Below, piece by piece: positions 60,362 to 64,000 of a DNA stretch of 64,000 nt. Position numbers and translations under genes: made by a program. The stretch comes from Williopsis jadinii (Eukaryota). The DNA lies in NCBI GenBank assembly GCA_024346625.1, contig AP024666.1:2046001-2110000 (forward strand), written 5' to 3'. The number at the start of each line of letters is the position of its first letter. The stretch's first letter is position 1. The notes under the pieces were generated by a model. It was not told the origin of the DNA. It ran no database searches and saw only the letters and a list, made by a program, of their open reading frames with translations.

Positions 60362-60551
60362 CGAGATAAGAAGATCATCAGACATATCGTTTAACATCAA
60401 ATTGTTTTCCTTATCGTTCGAGATTGATGGCACGTACCTTGATTTCTGTCTTTGTACTAGAGCATGGGTCAAATATAAAAATACAGAGGCGTCCACTCCT
60501 GATTGAAACCTACACCACCACTAAGCCCATCATCATTTTAACATTTGAGCG

Positions 60552-62216
60552 ATGAAGTTCTCTGAAATCAAATCAAAGCTTGAGATACCTCTTGATCCTG
60601 GGTCATACTCAGATGGATATCTCTATTCGAACAAAGATCTGGACCCTGTTCCGCAGTGGTCTGATGAGAGAAAGTGGGAATGGTTTAGCAACTTGGGATT
60701 CTGGATCGCGGAAGCAATGTCGATTTCCATGTACCAAGTTGCATCCTCTTCCATCTCTGCAGGTCTTTCACCGGGCTTAGCCATATTGGCCATCATTATT
60801 GGTCACATAATTGTTTCGATCCCTGCTATGCTCAACGCTACATTGGGAGCCAAGTATGGCCTGGGGTTCCCAATTCTGATGCGCGCCTCTGCTGGTGCTG
60901 GTAACAGATTCTCTGGTGCACATGTCATGGTGTTCATCAGAGGTATGGTTTGTGTCCTGTGGACTGGTACCCAGACTCTTCTTCTTGGTCAATGTATCCA
61001 ATCTATGATTTCTGCTATTTGGCCATCTTTCAATCATTTTAAGAACCATTTACCAGAATCTGCAGAGATCACAAGCGCTGGGCTCTTGTGCTTCTTCCTG
61101 GGTATCATTGTTCAAATACCTGCTCTTTATCTAACAGTTAACCAATTGCGTTTTCTGTTTACCATAAAGATCATTGCTGGTATCTGCTTCTCTATTGTGC
61201 TCTTTGCATGGGCTGTCCATGGGGCAAAAGGGTTCGGCCCAATTTTCAACCAAGGAACTGACATCAAAGATGGAACACCAGTAGCCGTTGTGTTCTTTAG
61301 GTGTATGATTTCAGCTATTGGTCCAAAGGCAACGCTAGCTTTAAACATATCTTATTTTACAAGATATGCGAAGAAACCAAGACAAGTGTGGTGGCCGCAG
61401 TTTGTTGGTCTTGTTATTTTGGTAACCATCTGTGGTTTGATCGGCATAATTGTCACCTCAGCTACAAAGGTGATCTATGGGGTCCAAACATGGAATCCTT
61501 TACAAGTTGAAGAACTTTGGAATAACAGAGCAGCGCAATTCTTTGCATCTTTGATGTGGGCATTCTCTACCATGATGACTAACATATCTGCCAATACGGT
61601 GTCGTTTTCCTACGATTTGTCATTGTGGTTTCCACGTTGGATAAATCCAAGACGTGGTGCCTATGTGTGCTTAATCTTGGGTATTGCATGTTGTCCTTGG
61701 TACATTCAAAACTCAGCCACATCTTTCTCATCTTTCCTTGGTGGTTATAGTCTTTTCCTTGCACCAATTGCAGGATGTATGTGCACAGACTATTGGATTG
61801 TCAGAAAGAGAAAGATAAACGTCCCAGGCCTTTACAGGATTGATGGACCATACAGATTCTTCCATGGATTCAACATCCCATTCTTTATTTCTTTTATTTT
61901 TGGAATCTTACCAAATTTGCCAGGTTTAGCCTGGGTTTGTGGAAACACAAGCGTGCCAAAGGGAGCTATCTATCTCTATTCCATCTCGTACGTCACTGGT
62001 ATTGTGATTTCATCTGTATCTTACTATTTGATCTGCACTTACATTCCAAAGATTTGGATGGCTGATCTGGACAACTTTGAAGAAGACCCTGGTAACACAT
62101 TGTACAAGCCTGACATTGTTCTTGAGGGCCTTGGCCAAGAAGTTGCATCATCTGGGTCTTCAATTTCAAAGGAGAAAAATATGATCCGCACCAACGCTGT
62201 TCTTATTGAGGACTAA
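60552..62216 (+). CDS. NCS1 family nucleobase/hydantoin permease (Fur4/Dal4-like)
   Basis: NKDLDPVP, FWI, GL...LAI, G.KYGLGFP...R, NIS.FTRYA, NISAN, PRWIN.RRG, CPW, DYW.VRK. About 12 hydrophobic segments. Confidence 0.93.
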   Translation: MKFSEIKSKLEIPLDPGSYSDGYLYSNKDLDPVPQWSDERKWEWFSNLGFWIAEAMSISMYQVASSSISAGLSPGLAILAIIIGHIIVSIPAMLNATLGAKYGLGFPILMRASAGAGNRFSGAHVMVFIRGMVCVLWTGTQTLLLGQCIQSMISAIWPSFNHFKNHLPESAEITSAGLLCFFLGIIVQIPALYLTVNQLRFLFTIKIIAGICFSIVLFAWAVHGAKGFGPIFNQGTDIKDGTPVAVVFFRCMISAIGPKATLALNISYFTRYAKKPRQVWWPQFVGLVILVTICGLIGIIVTSATKVIYGVQTWNPLQVEELWNNRAAQFFASLMWAFSTMMTNISANTVSFSYDLSLWFPRWINPRRGAYVCLILGIACCPWYIQNSATSFSSFLGGYSLFLAPIAGCMCTDYWIVRKRKINVPGLYRIDGPYRFFHGFNIPFFISFIFGILPNLPGLAWVCGNTSVPKGAIYLYSISYVTGIVISSVSYYLICTYIPKIWMADLDNFEEDPGNTLYKPDIVLEGLGQEVASSGSSISKEKNMIRTNAVLIED

Positions 62217-62414
62217 ATAACCCTGTTTTAATCACAATTTGTTTTTATTGATGATTGTAGTATACTATATATATTTCACAAGGGTTTTGGTAATTGAAGC
62301 AAAGAATCCTCTCGTATCTTCCAGTATTGTTTCCAAGAGCGTGGGTTGAATAAAGCCTCAGCGACAGGATAATTAAAACTAATCTACATATGATGATGTC
62401 AAAGGAACATGCAT

Positions 62415-63389
62415 TTACGCGCTGTATGGAACGTAGGGAGTATCAATGGAGCCCTTCTGTTCAACCAATCTACTATATAACTCTGGACGTCTATGTCTAG
62501 AGAAGTCAAACATTTTCTTCTTACCATTAACTGCTTCGTCCAAGTCAATCTCACAGACGAGCAATTCGTCGTCCTCTGTTTTGGCCTTTGCAATGACAAC
62601 ACCATTTGGATCAACGATGAGCGATCCAGCAATAAGTTCTTGGCCGTCTTCCATACCACATTTGGCAACTGAGACGGCGAAGCAGGAGTTGAAATAGGCA
62701 TTGGCAGTGGTTGACAAATCAGAATGGTGCATTCTCAGCTCTTTGTTCTCTTTGGAGCCGAAAAGCGCAGTGCCATTACTAGTGGTGTTGTAACCGTTAA
62801 GGCATAGATCCATACCTTGAAGAGCATAACATCTCCAAGCCTCTGGCCATCTTCTGTCATTACAGATGAGCATTCCCATAGTTGCATCGATCCATTCTGG
62901 ATCAGATTTGTAAGCCGGGAACCCCAAATCACCGTACTCGAAGTATCTCTTCTCCAATTGTTGGAATGCGATACCTTCTGTAGGTTCAACGAACCCAGGC
63001 AAGTGCGCCTTTCTGTACTTCTGAACCAATTGGCCCTTGTTATCAACCAGGATGTAGGTATTGAAATGATGGCCATCGTCAGTCAACTCGGCGTAACCAA
63101 GGACGAACCCAATTCCATACTCCTTTGCGGCGTCGAAAAGAGGTCTGACAACCTCATTCTTGGTGATATCACCTTTCTCGAAATAACTGTCAATTTCCTC
63201 CTGAGACTCAACCAGCCATCTTGGGAAGAAAGATGTCAATGCGAGTTCTGGAAACACTGCAAGTTTAGCACCCTTTTCAGCAGCTTGTTTCAACAAACCA
63301 GTCAGTCTGGCAACAGTTTCGGATTTAGGTGTAGCCTTTTGGATTGGGCCAAGTTGTACTCCAGCGATTGTAAATTTTCTCACAGCCAT
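62415..63389 (-). CDS. N-carbamoyl-D-amino acid amidohydrolase (D-carbamoylase), nitrilase superfamily
   Basis: E-K-C triad in FPELALTSFFPRW, KYRKAHLPG and ICNDRRWPE. The FQQLEKRYFE.GDLGFP and F.F..HRRPE.Y motifs are characteristic of D-carbamoylases. Confidence 0.92.
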   Translation of the reverse strand: MAVRKFTIAGVQLGPIQKATPKSETVARLTGLLKQAAEKGAKLAVFPELALTSFFPRWLVESQEEIDSYFEKGDITKNEVVRPLFDAAKEYGIGFVLGYAELTDDGHHFNTYILVDNKGQLVQKYRKAHLPGFVEPTEGIAFQQLEKRYFEYGDLGFPAYKSDPEWIDATMGMLICNDRRWPEAWRCYALQGMDLCLNGYNTTSNGTALFGSKENKELRMHHSDLSTTANAYFNSCFAVSVAKCGMEDGQELIAGSLIVDPNGVVIAKAKTEDDELLVCEIDLDEAVNGKKKMFDFSRHRRPELYSRLVEQKGSIDTPYVPYSA

Positions 63390-63519
63390 AATTGATGTTC
63401 CTCATCACGTCATACGAAAGAGAGTAGTCACTTGATGCCATGTGTCCATATTTATACACCACGACTCAAAGGCTGTAGATAAGAAAGAGCAGTCTATTTC
63501 AGATATACCGGTGATGAGC

Positions 63520-63545
63520 TCGGAGATCTGCCGACAAAACTCCGA
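63520..63545. promoter_or_regulatory. TCGGAG-N14-CTCCGA site upstream of the carbamoylase
   Basis: CTCGGAG...CTCCGAG. GATAAG at about 63478. Confidence 0.75.
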
Positions 63546-64000
63546 GTATTTTCTTGTTAAGGACAACAGTGCGCCATCGGGTAATGCGACGTATTCGAAC
63601 GAGCCATACATTTAAAACAAGAGGAGACCTAACATGTCCTTCTGCTGTCTCTACCATTATGTCGCCTTATGCAGTGATATGTGGTATTATGCGGTCTTTG
63701 TAGTAGAGATGGGTAAGAAGGAGGTAGTAGTGGTCCGTTTCTATGGATACATGAAGGAAACAGCCGCATGCTTCTGGTAAAGTATGGTTGGCTAAGTACA
63801 ACTGAAAAACTATCGAAAATACATTGATTATTATGGTTAACTATGGGGAGTCTGTATGAAAGCGATCTTACGTTGGATGTGAGTTCTTTGGATCTGCCTT
63901 TGCTTCTTTCATAAGCTTTCTAGCCTTGTATTTCCTCTTCTGTTCTGACTTTTTTGGTCGTCCTCTTCCTCTCTTCTTCTCACCCGCGGAAGGAATCCTA

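Overview
Eukaryotic budding-yeast (Saccharomycotina-type) DNA. It has short spliceosomal introns with TACTAAC-like branch points, and CTG falls at conserved Leu positions in VTC4, so it uses the standard code rather than CUG-Ser. Two compact core-gene blocks (VTC4-RPC17-CCT3, and YAP180x-PPR1-like-TEN1-like-TRM61-like-RLP24-PAM18-RBG2) alternate with gene-sparse accessory regions. The accessory regions hold a GH5, a divergent cellodextrin-type permease/GH3 pair, GPI adhesins, THI4 and several pseudogenes. Three highlights: (1) A six-gene hydantoin-utilisation-like cluster (Zn2Cys6 regulator, hydantoinase, hydantoin racemase, 2-hydroxyacid dehydrogenase, NCS1 permease, D-carbamoylase). Every promoter in it carries the same TCGGAG-N14/15-CTCCG palindrome. 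(2) Remnants of a TIR-bounded element encoding a TnpB/Fanzor (Fanzor2-like) nuclease, with a conserved structured 3' end (candidate omegaRNA) seen at three loci. One of these sits at the breakpoint of an inversion inside a pseudogene. (3) Two inverted ~2 kb degenerate Helitron-like copies flanking a ~29 kb block. All family assignments come from motif recognition by eye; no searches were run.
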